From Acidobacteriota bacterium (GTDB lineage: Bacteria > Acidobacteriota > Terriglobia > Terriglobales > Acidobacteriaceae), in the NCBI GenBank assembly GCA_046727255.1, contig JBKPCG010000034.1, positions 6,465-70,464 on the forward strand: 64,000 nucleotides of DNA. The letters are read 5' to 3'. A program made the translations under genes and the position numbers. This document shows positions 28,022 through 36,692 of this stretch, piece by piece; position 1 is the stretch's first letter; each line of letters starts with the position of its first letter. The notes below the pieces were generated by a model. That model was not told where the DNA came from. It did no database searches and saw only the letters and a program-made list of their open reading frames with translations.

Positions 28022-28878
28022 AAATACTTTCCCACGATTAACCTCAACTTCTCTTTCGTCGCCGCCGGAATCTTGTCCCGCTCCGTCAAAATGGCGTGGG
28101 CCAGTGCTGACCCGCACTTGCAGGATCGCGCCTCTGGCATTCCGGCTACACTTGCCTTCACAACTTTGGCGGCGTTCTCCGCGTTTTTGACCAGGACCGA
28201 AATGATCTGATCCACCGTTACTGAATCGTGGTGCGGATGCCAGCAGTCGTAATCCGTCACCATGGCAACCGTCACGTAACAAATCTCCGCTTCGCGCGCC
28301 AGCTTCGCTTCCTGCAAGTTGGTCATGCCGATCACATCTGCGCCCCAACTGCGGTATACGTTCGACTCGGCCTTGGTCGAAAATTGCGGCCCTTCCATAC
28401 AGACGTAAGTTCCTCCAAGCTTGGCATTCACATCGACGCTTTTGCAGGCGCTCTCGACCACTCGCGCCATCTCGCCGCACACCGGATCGCCAAAGCCAAC
28501 GTGGGCGACGAGGCCGTTGCCGAAGAAAGTATCCACGCGGTGGCGCGTACGATCGAAGAACTGGTCGGGGATGACGAAATCGAGCGGCTTGTGCTCTTCC
28601 TTGAGCGACCCGACGGCCGAGACCGACACGATGCGCTCAACGCCCAGCTGCTTGAATCCATAAATATTGGCGCGAAAATTCAGTTCCGTCGGCAGAAGTT
28701 TGTGGCCGCGATCGTGGCGCGCCAGGAATGCCACACTGCGCCTTTCCAGTGTGCCAAGAATGTAAGCATCGGAGGGAGCACCGAAGGGAGTCTCTTGCTG
28801 GACTTCCCGCACGTCCGAAAAGCCCGGCATGCTGTACAGACCACTGCCGCCGATGATGCCGATCTCTGCCTGTGGCAA
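28018..28878 (-). CDS. mtnP: S-methyl-5'-thioadenosine phosphorylase
   Basis: IGIIGGSGLY...MEGPQFST...TNLQEAKLAREAEI is the MTAP family pattern. It has a TTG start with a GGAGAAGAAGG SD. Confidence 0.92.
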   Translation of the reverse strand: MPQAEIGIIGGSGLYSMPGFSDVREVQQETPFGAPSDAYILGTLERRSVAFLARHDRGHKLLPTELNFRANIYGFKQLGVERIVSVSAVGSLKEEHKPLDFVIPDQFFDRTRHRVDTFFGNGLVAHVGFGDPVCGEMARVVESACKSVDVNAKLGGTYVCMEGPQFSTKAESNVYRSWGADVIGMTNLQEAKLAREAEICYVTVAMVTDYDCWHPHHDSVTVDQIISVLVKNAENAAKVVKASVAGMPEARSCKCGSALAHAILTERDKIPAATKEKLRLIVGKYL

Positions 28879-28932
28879 GCCTTCTTCTCCTGATTGGTCT
28901 GGGAATGATTAAGGAACCGGTGATTATAACAA

Positions 28933-29033
28933 GGTCAGAGGTCAGAGGTTAGATTGCAGAGGTGAATGCTTATGATACGCGGCGACTTGCCGAGAGTTGG
29001 TTTTTACCTCTGAAATCTGACCTCTGCATTTCC
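28933..29033. repeat. Heptad-periodic inverted repeat (CAGAGGT flavour)
   Basis: The left arm is GGT CAGAGGT CAGAGGT TAGATTG CAGAGGT GAA (28933-28966). The right arm is TTTTT ACCTCTG AAATCTG ACCTCTG CATTTCC (29001-29033). The right arm encodes the last 8 codons and the stop of the upstream protease gene. Confidence 0.75.
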
Positions 29034-30581
29034 GTCTAATTTACGGGTCCCGCCCCAAAAATCTACCGCCGACCGTTTCGTCGTGTCTTCATCCAAACTC
29101 TCGCTGATCAAGATCGCGTCTCCGCGGACTTCAATCACCACCGGCCCCTCTTCGGTCAACCACGCATGGTACCCTCGCAGCGTCCTCCAGGAATCCACTG
29201 GCGGGGCATCGTCTGTGACTTTGCCGTCCGCGCCCAAACCTCTTGGCCGCTTGTAACGCTGTGCCAGCGACTTCGCGTACACCGCCGCGAACTCCGCCGC
29301 CTTCGCCGGACTCGACCAGCGTGACACGTACAACAATCCCAACGGCGCCGACTTATCTCCCTTCGGACGTCCCGCAAAGTAATATCCGCCGCGCCAGTGC
29401 GGGTACAACTCCCGCGCCTCGTCGCCGCCCGCGTACTGCTCCACGAGTACCGCCACATCGAACTCGCCGATCGCGCCGATATCGAACCGGTCGTAGCCCT
29501 TGAAGTCCTTGTCAAAATCGAGGAGTTTCAGCGGCGCGACCTTTTCGTGCGAAAGATAAGTCTGCGGCTCCATGATCTCTCGGGTCGTGGTCGGCGGATT
29601 CTTGAACACCTCGCCAAACGCCAGCTCTTTGCCTCCAGCATTAAGCAGCGCCGCTGTGAAGTCGATTCCGTACCGATACGGAAAAGTCAGCGTCTCTTTG
29701 AGAAAGACGGGCGCCGAGCGAAACGTGGGCGTGTCGGCGGTGCCCACTAACATGCCCTGCTTCAAAGCGTCCGCGATCTGAGGAGCATCCAGCAGCGTTT
29801 TGCCCGTGGGCGCAAGCGAATAATCGAGCAGGGTGACCATCGCCTGTCCTTCGATCACTGCCTGCCGCGCGGATTGCATTTCGTCAGTCGCGATGTCATC
29901 CGGTGAAGGATCGCGGGCGTGGTTCGACTGCTCGCCTGTCTGCATCCATTTCTCCAGGCCAAAAGACTGGTCCTGGAGCGCATGCGTCAGTTCGTGCGCC
30001 AGCACTGGACGCTGCGATTCCGCGTCCACCCAGTTCAGCAGGTTTACCGTCTTGGTCTTGGGATCGTAATATCCCGCCACTTGCTCCTTGAGGAGCGCAA
30101 CCAGAAACGTTTTCAGATCGAAATCGCGTGGCAAGAGTCCAAATTTCTTCAGCACAATTTCCGAGCGTTCCAGCCGTTGCGCGTCCTTGTCCTCTTTCAT
30201 GTTCTTCTCGATGAAGGACTGCACTTCGCTGCGCTCCACCAGCCGCCGCTTGACTTCCTCTTTGATAGGCAGCTTGGTCTCGCGGCTGGCAAACTCCAGA
30301 ATCTCGTCAACCGACTTGAAAAGCTCCTTGGCCTCCCGCGGGGAGATGATCTTTTCTGGCGTGGCCGGTGTGGCTTTTGTGGTTTGTGTGGCGCGGGCCC
30401 CCTCGCCCGCGTGGGCCGTCGACTGCTGCTGATCCTGAACCTGCAGACCGAGCTCGTCGAGGTTCTTGCCCGGAGCAGGACTGCTCTGCTGCAGAGCAGT
30501 CTGAGCCCAGACGGGTAGAGCCAGCAGCATGGCAAGCAGAACAAGTTTGCTATTGCGGATTCTCATTGTCACAGATGGCAC
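29004..30581 (-). CDS. Secreted HExxH-motif protein (putative zinc metallopeptidase)
   Basis: Signal peptide MRIRNSKLVLLAMLLALPVWAQ. It has an HELTHALQDQ motif. The family is otherwise unassigned. Confidence 0.65.
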   Translation of the reverse strand: MPSVTMRIRNSKLVLLAMLLALPVWAQTALQQSSPAPGKNLDELGLQVQDQQQSTAHAGEGARATQTTKATPATPEKIISPREAKELFKSVDEILEFASRETKLPIKEEVKRRLVERSEVQSFIEKNMKEDKDAQRLERSEIVLKKFGLLPRDFDLKTFLVALLKEQVAGYYDPKTKTVNLLNWVDAESQRPVLAHELTHALQDQSFGLEKWMQTGEQSNHARDPSPDDIATDEMQSARQAVIEGQAMVTLLDYSLAPTGKTLLDAPQIADALKQGMLVGTADTPTFRSAPVFLKETLTFPYRYGIDFTAALLNAGGKELAFGEVFKNPPTTTREIMEPQTYLSHEKVAPLKLLDFDKDFKGYDRFDIGAIGEFDVAVLVEQYAGGDEARELYPHWRGGYYFAGRPKGDKSAPLGLLYVSRWSSPAKAAEFAAVYAKSLAQRYKRPRGLGADGKVTDDAPPVDSWRTLRGYHAWLTEEGPVVIEVRGDAILISESLDEDTTKRSAVDFWGGTRKLDGNAEVRFQR

Positions 30582-30627
30582 CCTGAGCGGGATCGAAGGT
30601 GGGCTAGTGATTCTCTCCGACAGAAAT

Positions 30628-31698
30628 TTATCCGCCTGAAACGCGATTTACGACCCACTCGCCCGCCTCCCGCGTGCCCAGTGACCCACCAATGTCCGTA
30701 GTGGTCTTCTTCTCCCGTACCGCTTCAAGCACTACCGCTTCAATCTTCTCGGCCTGGGCAGTCATCCCGAGATGCGCCAACATCATGGCTGCAGTCAGAA
30801 TCGCGCCCAACGGGTTGGCAATGTCCTTCCCCACGAGGGGAGGCGCCGATCCATGCACCGGCTCGAACATCGAAGTCTTCCCCGGATGCAGGTTGCCACT
30901 CGCGGCCATGCCCAAGCCACCCTGCAGCCCTGCGGCGAGGTCGGTGATGATGTCGCCAAACATGTTGTTGGTCACGATCACATCGAACCCGCGCGGATCG
31001 CGCACCATCTGCATGCACAGCGCGTCCACGTACAGGTGCTGCTTTTCAATCTGCGGATACTCCCCGCCGACTTCCTTGAACACGCGCTGCCAGAGCCCAC
31101 CCGCATGAGTCATGGCGTTAGACTTGTCGCACAACAGCACACGACGGCGGCGCGAGCCGTCCAACTTCTTGCGAGCAGCGCAGTACTCGAACGCATAACG
31201 TATGATGCGCTCCACGCCCTTGCGAGTATTCACGTCTTCCTGAATTGCGATCTCATCGGGAGTTCCCTGCTTGAAAACTCCGCCCAGGTCACCGTACACG
31301 CCTTCGGTATTTTCGCGGATCACGACGAAATCCACGTCCTTCGGCTCGACGCCCTTGAGCGGACAAAGCAACGCATCCATCAGCCGCACTGGCCGGATGT
31401 TCGCGTACAAGTCCATCTTGAGTCTCATGCCGAGCAGGATTTCCTTGGCGTGAATGTTCGAGGGCACACGCGGATCGCCGAACGCGCCGACCAGGATTGC
31501 GTCGAAGTCGCGAGCGAGCACCGCGAATCCGTCGGGCGGCACGGTGGTCTTATCGGCGAGATAGCGGTCGGCACCCCAGTCGAAGTGGGTAAAGGCCAGG
31601 TCAGCACCTGCCGCCTCGAGCACGCGTAACGCTTGCGGGATGACTTCTTTGCCGATGCCGTCGCCGGGAATGACTGCGATTCGTCTCTTTGCGCTCAC
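30628..31698 (-). CDS. Isopropylmalate/tartrate dehydrogenase-family oxidative decarboxylase; start uncertain (track ORF extends to 31821)
   Basis: IAVIPGDGIGKEV, NMFGDIITDLAAGLQGGLGMAASGNL and HGSAP. A GTG at about 31698 gives about 356 aa, the usual size for this family. Confidence 0.85.
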   Translation of the reverse strand: MSAKRRIAVIPGDGIGKEVIPQALRVLEAAGADLAFTHFDWGADRYLADKTTVPPDGFAVLARDFDAILVGAFGDPRVPSNIHAKEILLGMRLKMDLYANIRPVRLMDALLCPLKGVEPKDVDFVVIRENTEGVYGDLGGVFKQGTPDEIAIQEDVNTRKGVERIIRYAFEYCAARKKLDGSRRRRVLLCDKSNAMTHAGGLWQRVFKEVGGEYPQIEKQHLYVDALCMQMVRDPRGFDVIVTNNMFGDIITDLAAGLQGGLGMAASGNLHPGKTSMFEPVHGSAPPLVGKDIANPLGAILTAAMMLAHLGMTAQAEKIEAVVLEAVREKKTTTDIGGSLGTREAGEWVVNRVSGG

Positions 31699-31845
31699 TC
31701 GCACGAAGATATCAGAATCCACTGGGGATACATACCGATGCGCTTCCATTTGCGGGGGAACATATGCATGCCGAATCTTTCGCAGCCGACATCCAACTGG
31801 CTCCCACTCAGCCGTCGTCATCCTCCGCTATAATCGAAGTAATAC

Positions 31846-32856
31846 GTGAAAACTGCCTTACAAGGCGATTCGACACAAGGCCAAGCGCCTGACTTCGGCG
31901 ACCTTCGCGCTGAGTTTCAAGCCCTACTCTCGGGCTCTGGCGTGTACGACCTCAGTGCGCGCGCCAAGATTGCGCTGACTGGCGGCGACCGCGTCCGCTG
32001 GTTGAACGGGATGATTTCCAACAACGTCCGCGATCTTGCGCCGCGGCACGGCGTCTACTCCTTCCTGCTCAACGCCCAGGGACGCATCCAGGGCGACTTG
32101 TATGCCTTCAACCGAGGCGAATCCGTGCTGGTTGACACCGAGCGAGCGCAACGCGACAGAGTTTGGGAGTTGTTCGATCACTACATCATTGCGGACGACG
32201 TTGAAATGGCCGATGTCAGCGACAAGATCGCTGCCTTGGGCCTGACAGGTCCCGAGTCGCACGCTGTGCTCGAGCGCGCGGGCATTCCCGTGCCGGAACT
32301 CGCCTATCTGCAGTTCGCGGATGTTCAATGGCGGCAGATAGCGGTCACCGTGCTGCGGGCGGGAGAAGAGGCCAAGGAATCGTGGCAAATCTGGATCGGC
32401 CCCGAGCACGTCAACACTCTGTGGGATACGTTGGTCAAGGCAGGGGCGAAGCCGACGGGCTCCGCGGCGCTGAATCTGTTCCGCATCGCGCGTGGAATTC
32501 CGCAGTTCGGACAGGACATCCGCGACCGTGACTTGCCGCAGGAAACTGGCCAAACGCGCGCGCTGAATTTCACGAAGGGTTGCTATCTGGGTCAGGAAAT
32601 CGTCGAACGCATTCGTTCGCGGGGCGCGGTGCATCGGCAATTCACAGCGTTCGCAGTCGAGGGTCCGCTGCCGGAACCGGGCAGCAAGATTCAAGCGGAC
32701 GGAAAAGAAGTCGGCGAAATTACCAGCAGTGCGATCTTGCCTTTGCCGAGTGGAGACTGCGCGGCTGCTCTCGGCTACTTGCGGCGTGAGGCGGCGGCGA
32801 AAGAACTGGTCGCCGGGGAAACAAAGCTGGCTCCGACTCAGACCACTATCGCTTAG
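31846..32856 (+). CDS. ygfZ: Folate-binding YgfZ / GcvT-like protein
   Basis: The KGCYLGQE signature together with an aminomethyltransferase-like fold. Confidence 0.85.
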   Translation: MKTALQGDSTQGQAPDFGDLRAEFQALLSGSGVYDLSARAKIALTGGDRVRWLNGMISNNVRDLAPRHGVYSFLLNAQGRIQGDLYAFNRGESVLVDTERAQRDRVWELFDHYIIADDVEMADVSDKIAALGLTGPESHAVLERAGIPVPELAYLQFADVQWRQIAVTVLRAGEEAKESWQIWIGPEHVNTLWDTLVKAGAKPTGSAALNLFRIARGIPQFGQDIRDRDLPQETGQTRALNFTKGCYLGQEIVERIRSRGAVHRQFTAFAVEGPLPEPGSKIQADGKEVGEITSSAILPLPSGDCAAALGYLRREAAAKELVAGETKLAPTQTTIA

Positions 32857-32899
32857 CTGGGTGCGTGATGCCGAAGAGAACGCAAGACGGAATCAACTT

Positions 32900-33466
32900 A
32901 TGGCAGAACACAAGAAAGATTCAGCAATTAAAGTCAACGACCGGCGTCTGTTTACCGCGGATGGCGACCTACGCGACAGCGTCGAGGAAAATTCCGCTGC
33001 GGCTTCCGAAACACCAACTCAGGTCGCCACGGCCAATTCGCCTGTCGCGGACGCGCCCTCGTCCGACGTGCCTCCTCCGCCGACCACCGGTGAGCAGGAG
33101 GCGCAGCATGATGCCTACAAACAATCTTCGCGCGACCTTGACGCGCGTGTCGAACTGAGCGGCCACTCTGCGAAGGAGCTCGAAGTCAGCTTCGAACGTT
33201 TTCTGGCCTCGCTTTACATGACTGCCATGATGCAACTCGGTTTGATGGTGGAACAGGGCGGCGCCCCGCATGTTGATCTGATCGGCGCTCGCCAGACGAT
33301 CGACACGCTCGGCATGCTCGGTGAAAAGACCAAAGGCAACCTCACGCCGAAAGAGCAGGCCTTCATCCAGAACGCGCTCTACGAGCTGCGGATGGCGTAT
33401 GTCGAAGTCACGAACGCTCTGGCGCATCCTCCCCAGCCCGGCCCCAGCACAGGAACCAACGGCTGA
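32900..33466 (+). CDS. DUF1844-like small acidic protein
   Basis: MAEHKKDSAIKVNDRRLF... and FLASLYMTAMMQLGL... resemble DUF1844. I picked the internal Met, because the upstream part of the track ORF overlaps ygfZ. Confidence 0.65.
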   Translation: MAEHKKDSAIKVNDRRLFTADGDLRDSVEENSAAASETPTQVATANSPVADAPSSDVPPPPTTGEQEAQHDAYKQSSRDLDARVELSGHSAKELEVSFERFLASLYMTAMMQLGLMVEQGGAPHVDLIGARQTIDTLGMLGEKTKGNLTPKEQAFIQNALYELRMAYVEVTNALAHPPQPGPSTGTNG

Positions 33467-34239
33467 TGCAGGCCACGCTGACGGTACTCGGCAGCGGCAC
33501 TTCGATGGGAGTCCCCACGATCGGCTGCGACTGTGCCGTCTGCCGCTCGTCCGATCCGCGCGACCGCCGCACCCGGCCGTCGGTAATGATCAGCTTCAAC
33601 GGGCACCACGTCCTGATTGACACTACACCCGATTTCCGCGAGCAGGCGCTGCGCGAGAAGATCACCGCGGTGGACGCCGTTCTTTACACTCATACTCACG
33701 CCGACCACATTCTTGGAATTGACGATCTGCGCCCGCTGAGCTTTGCGCACAAGCCGGGCAGATTGCCTCTGTATGCGGATCCCGCAGCAGCTGAGTTTCT
33801 GCGCAACATGTTCCGCTATATCTTCGACGCCGACTACAAATTCGGCGGTCTGCCTCAGGTGGAGCTGAAACCCATCGACGGCCCGGTTGAATTGTTCGGC
33901 GCGCGGTTTGAGCCGGTGACCGTGATCCACGGAGAGACTCCCATACTGGCCTTTCGGTTCGGATCGGCCGCCTACCTCACCGACCACAGCGACGTGCCGC
34001 CCGACTCTCTGGACCGGCTGCGGAATCTCGATATCTTGTTTCTGGATGCGCTGCGCTACAAGCCCCATCCGACGCACTCCACGGTTGAGCAGGCGTTGCG
34101 GATCGTTAACGAAGTAAAGCCTAAGCGAGCTTTCTTCACTCATATCTGTCACGACTTGTCCCATGCAGCGACCGATAGCTCGCTGCCACCTGGAGTCCGA
34201 CTGGCGTACGACGGAATGAAATTGGAGTTTGAGATCTAG
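33466..34239 (+). CDS. MBL-fold metallo-hydrolase (PhnP/GPMB-like)
   Basis: The HTHADH motif. Its start overlaps the previous stop (TGATG). Confidence 0.8.
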   Translation: MQATLTVLGSGTSMGVPTIGCDCAVCRSSDPRDRRTRPSVMISFNGHHVLIDTTPDFREQALREKITAVDAVLYTHTHADHILGIDDLRPLSFAHKPGRLPLYADPAAAEFLRNMFRYIFDADYKFGGLPQVELKPIDGPVELFGARFEPVTVIHGETPILAFRFGSAAYLTDHSDVPPDSLDRLRNLDILFLDALRYKPHPTHSTVEQALRIVNEVKPKRAFFTHICHDLSHAATDSSLPPGVRLAYDGMKLEFEI

Positions 34240-34317
34240 GAGGCTCTGAAAACTGATTCCTGGGGAGGTTGTTGACCTCGGCCGCTAAAGCCGAATCTCA
34301 AGGCAAACCGGTTATTC

Positions 34318-34335
34318 GCAGCGCTGAAGCGCTGC
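34318..34335. repeat. Short GC hairpin GCAGCGC-tgaa-GCGCTGC in the MBL-ribF gap (REP-like)
   Basis: A 7-bp perfect stem read from the sequence. A second 5-bp hairpin (TCGGC-cgctaaa-GCCGA) lies about 35 nt upstream. Confidence 0.4.
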
Positions 34336-34360
34336 CACCCAAAATCAGCTGGCACACTCG

Positions 34361-35305
34361 ATGCAGGTCTTCCACAAACTCGAAGACGTTCCTGCCGACT
34401 TCGGCCCCACACTGGTGAGCGTCGGCAACTTCGACGGCGTACACCGCGCGCACCGCTTTGTGCTCAGCGAAATTGTGAAGCGGGCCAAAGGCCTCAAGGC
34501 GAAGTCGATGGCGGTGACCTTCGAGCCGCATCCCACTCGCATCCTGCGTCCGGATTCCAATTTCAAATTGCTCACGCCGACACCGGAAAAATTGCGGCTG
34601 CTAGCCGCGACTGGAGTTGACGCGGTTCTGCCGCTTCCTTTCACGCGCGACTTGTCGCTGATGACCCCGCGCCAGTTTGCCCACGAGATTCTGAAGAAAC
34701 GCCTGCGCGCCTGCGAAGTTCATGAGGGCTACAACTTTCATTTCGGACACAAGGCCTCAGGCAACATTCACACTCTGCGTGAACTGGGCCGGCAGATGGG
34801 TTTTGAGGTGCACGACTACCCTGAGATGCGCCTGCGCGGCGAGCCGGTGTCGAGCAGCCATATCCGGCAACTGCTCCGCGAAGGCCGTGTCAGCCGGGCG
34901 CGGCATCTACTGGCCCGTCCGTTCAGCATTCTTTCAACCGCAGGCCGCGGGCGCGGCTACGGATCAAAATACACCGTGCCAACCATCAACCTGGCGCGCT
35001 ACGAAGAGCTTGTACCGAAAGACGGCGTCTACATCTCGCGGACCCGCGTGGGCGACGAGTGTTTTGATTCGGTCACCAATATCGGTAATCGTCCGACGTT
35101 CGGCGCCGATTCTTTCGCCGTCGAAAGCCATCTGCTGAATTTTCATCCCCTCGAAGTCACGGCGGATACGGAAGTCGAAATACATTTTCTTGATCGGCTA
35201 CGCGACGAAATAAAATTCCCGTCAGTTGAGGCGCTGAGAGAGCAGATCGGCCGTGATGTTGCAAAGTCGCAGAAGTATTTCCGGCGGCTGAAAATTCGTA
35301 GTTAG
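34361..35305 (+). CDS. ribF: Bifunctional riboflavin kinase / FAD synthetase
   Basis: GNFDGVHRAH, SSSHIR and PTINL...GVY...NIGNRPTF motifs. Confidence 0.93.
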   Translation: MQVFHKLEDVPADFGPTLVSVGNFDGVHRAHRFVLSEIVKRAKGLKAKSMAVTFEPHPTRILRPDSNFKLLTPTPEKLRLLAATGVDAVLPLPFTRDLSLMTPRQFAHEILKKRLRACEVHEGYNFHFGHKASGNIHTLRELGRQMGFEVHDYPEMRLRGEPVSSSHIRQLLREGRVSRARHLLARPFSILSTAGRGRGYGSKYTVPTINLARYEELVPKDGVYISRTRVGDECFDSVTNIGNRPTFGADSFAVESHLLNFHPLEVTADTEVEIHFLDRLRDEIKFPSVEALREQIGRDVAKSQKYFRRLKIRS

Positions 35306-35393
35306 TGGTTAGTGGTTGGTCCTTGGCCGTGGGTCTCACTGGCTGCGCAGTTCTGAAACTAGACCAATCACCAACCACTAACCACCAATCACT
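35298..35393. repeat. Heptad-periodic inverted repeat (TAGTGGT flavour)
   Basis: The left arm is GTAGT TAGTGGT TAGTGGT TGGTC and contains the ribF stop (TAG at 35303-35305). The right arm is GACC AATCACC AACCACT AACCACC AATCACT. A 16-bp perfect core, GTGGTTAGTGGTTGGT / ACCAACCACTAACCAC, is present. Confidence 0.75.
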
Positions 35394-35412
35394 GCTGTAC
35401 AATCGCCCCCGC

Positions 35413-36684
35413 ATGGCCATTGGCCCCATCCAACTTCTGCGCCAAGCCACTCCCGGCCAACGTCGCACTCTGCTCGCTGCCGCACTCGGATGGATGCTCG
35501 ACTCCTTCGACGCTATGCTCTACGCCCTAGTGCTGGCGCACGTCATGCGCGATTTCGGCATGTCGAAGGCCACCGCCGGCCTGCTCTACACGCTGACATT
35601 GGTGGCATCGGGAATTGGCGGCGTGTTGTTTGGCTTCCTCGCCGATCGAATCGGACGCAAGCGCGCTCTGATGCTGAGCATCCTGACCTATTCAATCTGT
35701 TCGTTCGCTTCCGGGCTCTCCACTGGCATCGTGAGCTTAGCGATATTTCGATTCATTCTCGGCCTGGGCATGGGTGGAGAGTGGAATACGGGCGCGACCC
35801 TGGTCGCCGAGACCTGGCCCGACGAACTGCGAGCCAAGGCGATCGCCCTGGTGCAGAGCTCGTGGGCAATTGGCTTTGCTCTGGCGGCGCTGGTTGCGGG
35901 CGTTGTCTTGCGTTATGCCAACTGGCGTGCTGTGTTCTTTGTCGGGATTCTGCCGGCCGCGATCACTCTCTGGATTCAAAATCGCGTGCCCGAATCGGAG
36001 ATGTGGAAAGAGCAGCAACGCCGGCCCGTAGGTTCTGAACTCGTTACATCAGCAGTGAAGCAGCGCGATCACGATTCCTTTCTCCAGATCTTCCGACCGC
36101 CATATGCGAAGAGCACGATCACTCTGCTCCTGTTGAATTTTTTCGGAATGTTCGCCTGGTGGGGATTGTTCACATGGCTGCCACCTTATCTGTCGCTTCC
36201 CGTCGAGCAGGGTGGGCGCGGCTTTGGCGTGATGGGGACCACCTCGCTGCTCGTCGTTCTCAATCTGTTCGGCATGTTTCCCGGATACGCCAGCTTCGGC
36301 TGGGTTGCAGACCATCTCGGCCGCCGCCGCTCTTTCATTCTTTACACGTTCACGGCAGCGCTGCTGGTGCCGCTGTACGCCATGGCGCGTTCCCCGGCCG
36401 TCCTGCTGGTACTGGGCGTAGTTGTTGCATTTTTCGGGACCGGATTCTTTTCTGGCTCGGGGATAATCGGAAGCGAAATCTTCCCGACTCGCGTACGCGC
36501 CCGCGCTCTCGGTTTTACCTACAACGGAGCACGAACGATGAGTTCGCTTGCGCCTCTCACCATTGGATGGGTAGGTCAAATCAAGGGGCTGAGCTGGGCG
36601 TTCTTTCTCTGCGCCGCGGCATTCTTCCTGGCCAGCATAATGGCAACGCAGTTGCCCGAGACGAAGGGAAAGAGTCTCGACTGA
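35413..36684 (+). CDS. MFS transporter
   Basis: 12-TM pattern, DRIGRKRAL loop motif. I picked the Met at 35413, because the track ORF start at 35305 lies inside the repeat. Confidence 0.85.
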   Translation: MAIGPIQLLRQATPGQRRTLLAAALGWMLDSFDAMLYALVLAHVMRDFGMSKATAGLLYTLTLVASGIGGVLFGFLADRIGRKRALMLSILTYSICSFASGLSTGIVSLAIFRFILGLGMGGEWNTGATLVAETWPDELRAKAIALVQSSWAIGFALAALVAGVVLRYANWRAVFFVGILPAAITLWIQNRVPESEMWKEQQRRPVGSELVTSAVKQRDHDSFLQIFRPPYAKSTITLLLLNFFGMFAWWGLFTWLPPYLSLPVEQGGRGFGVMGTTSLLVVLNLFGMFPGYASFGWVADHLGRRRSFILYTFTAALLVPLYAMARSPAVLLVLGVVVAFFGTGFFSGSGIIGSEIFPTRVRARALGFTYNGARTMSSLAPLTIGWVGQIKGLSWAFFLCAAAFFLASIMATQLPETKGKSLD

Positions 36685-36692
36685 GGCATATT

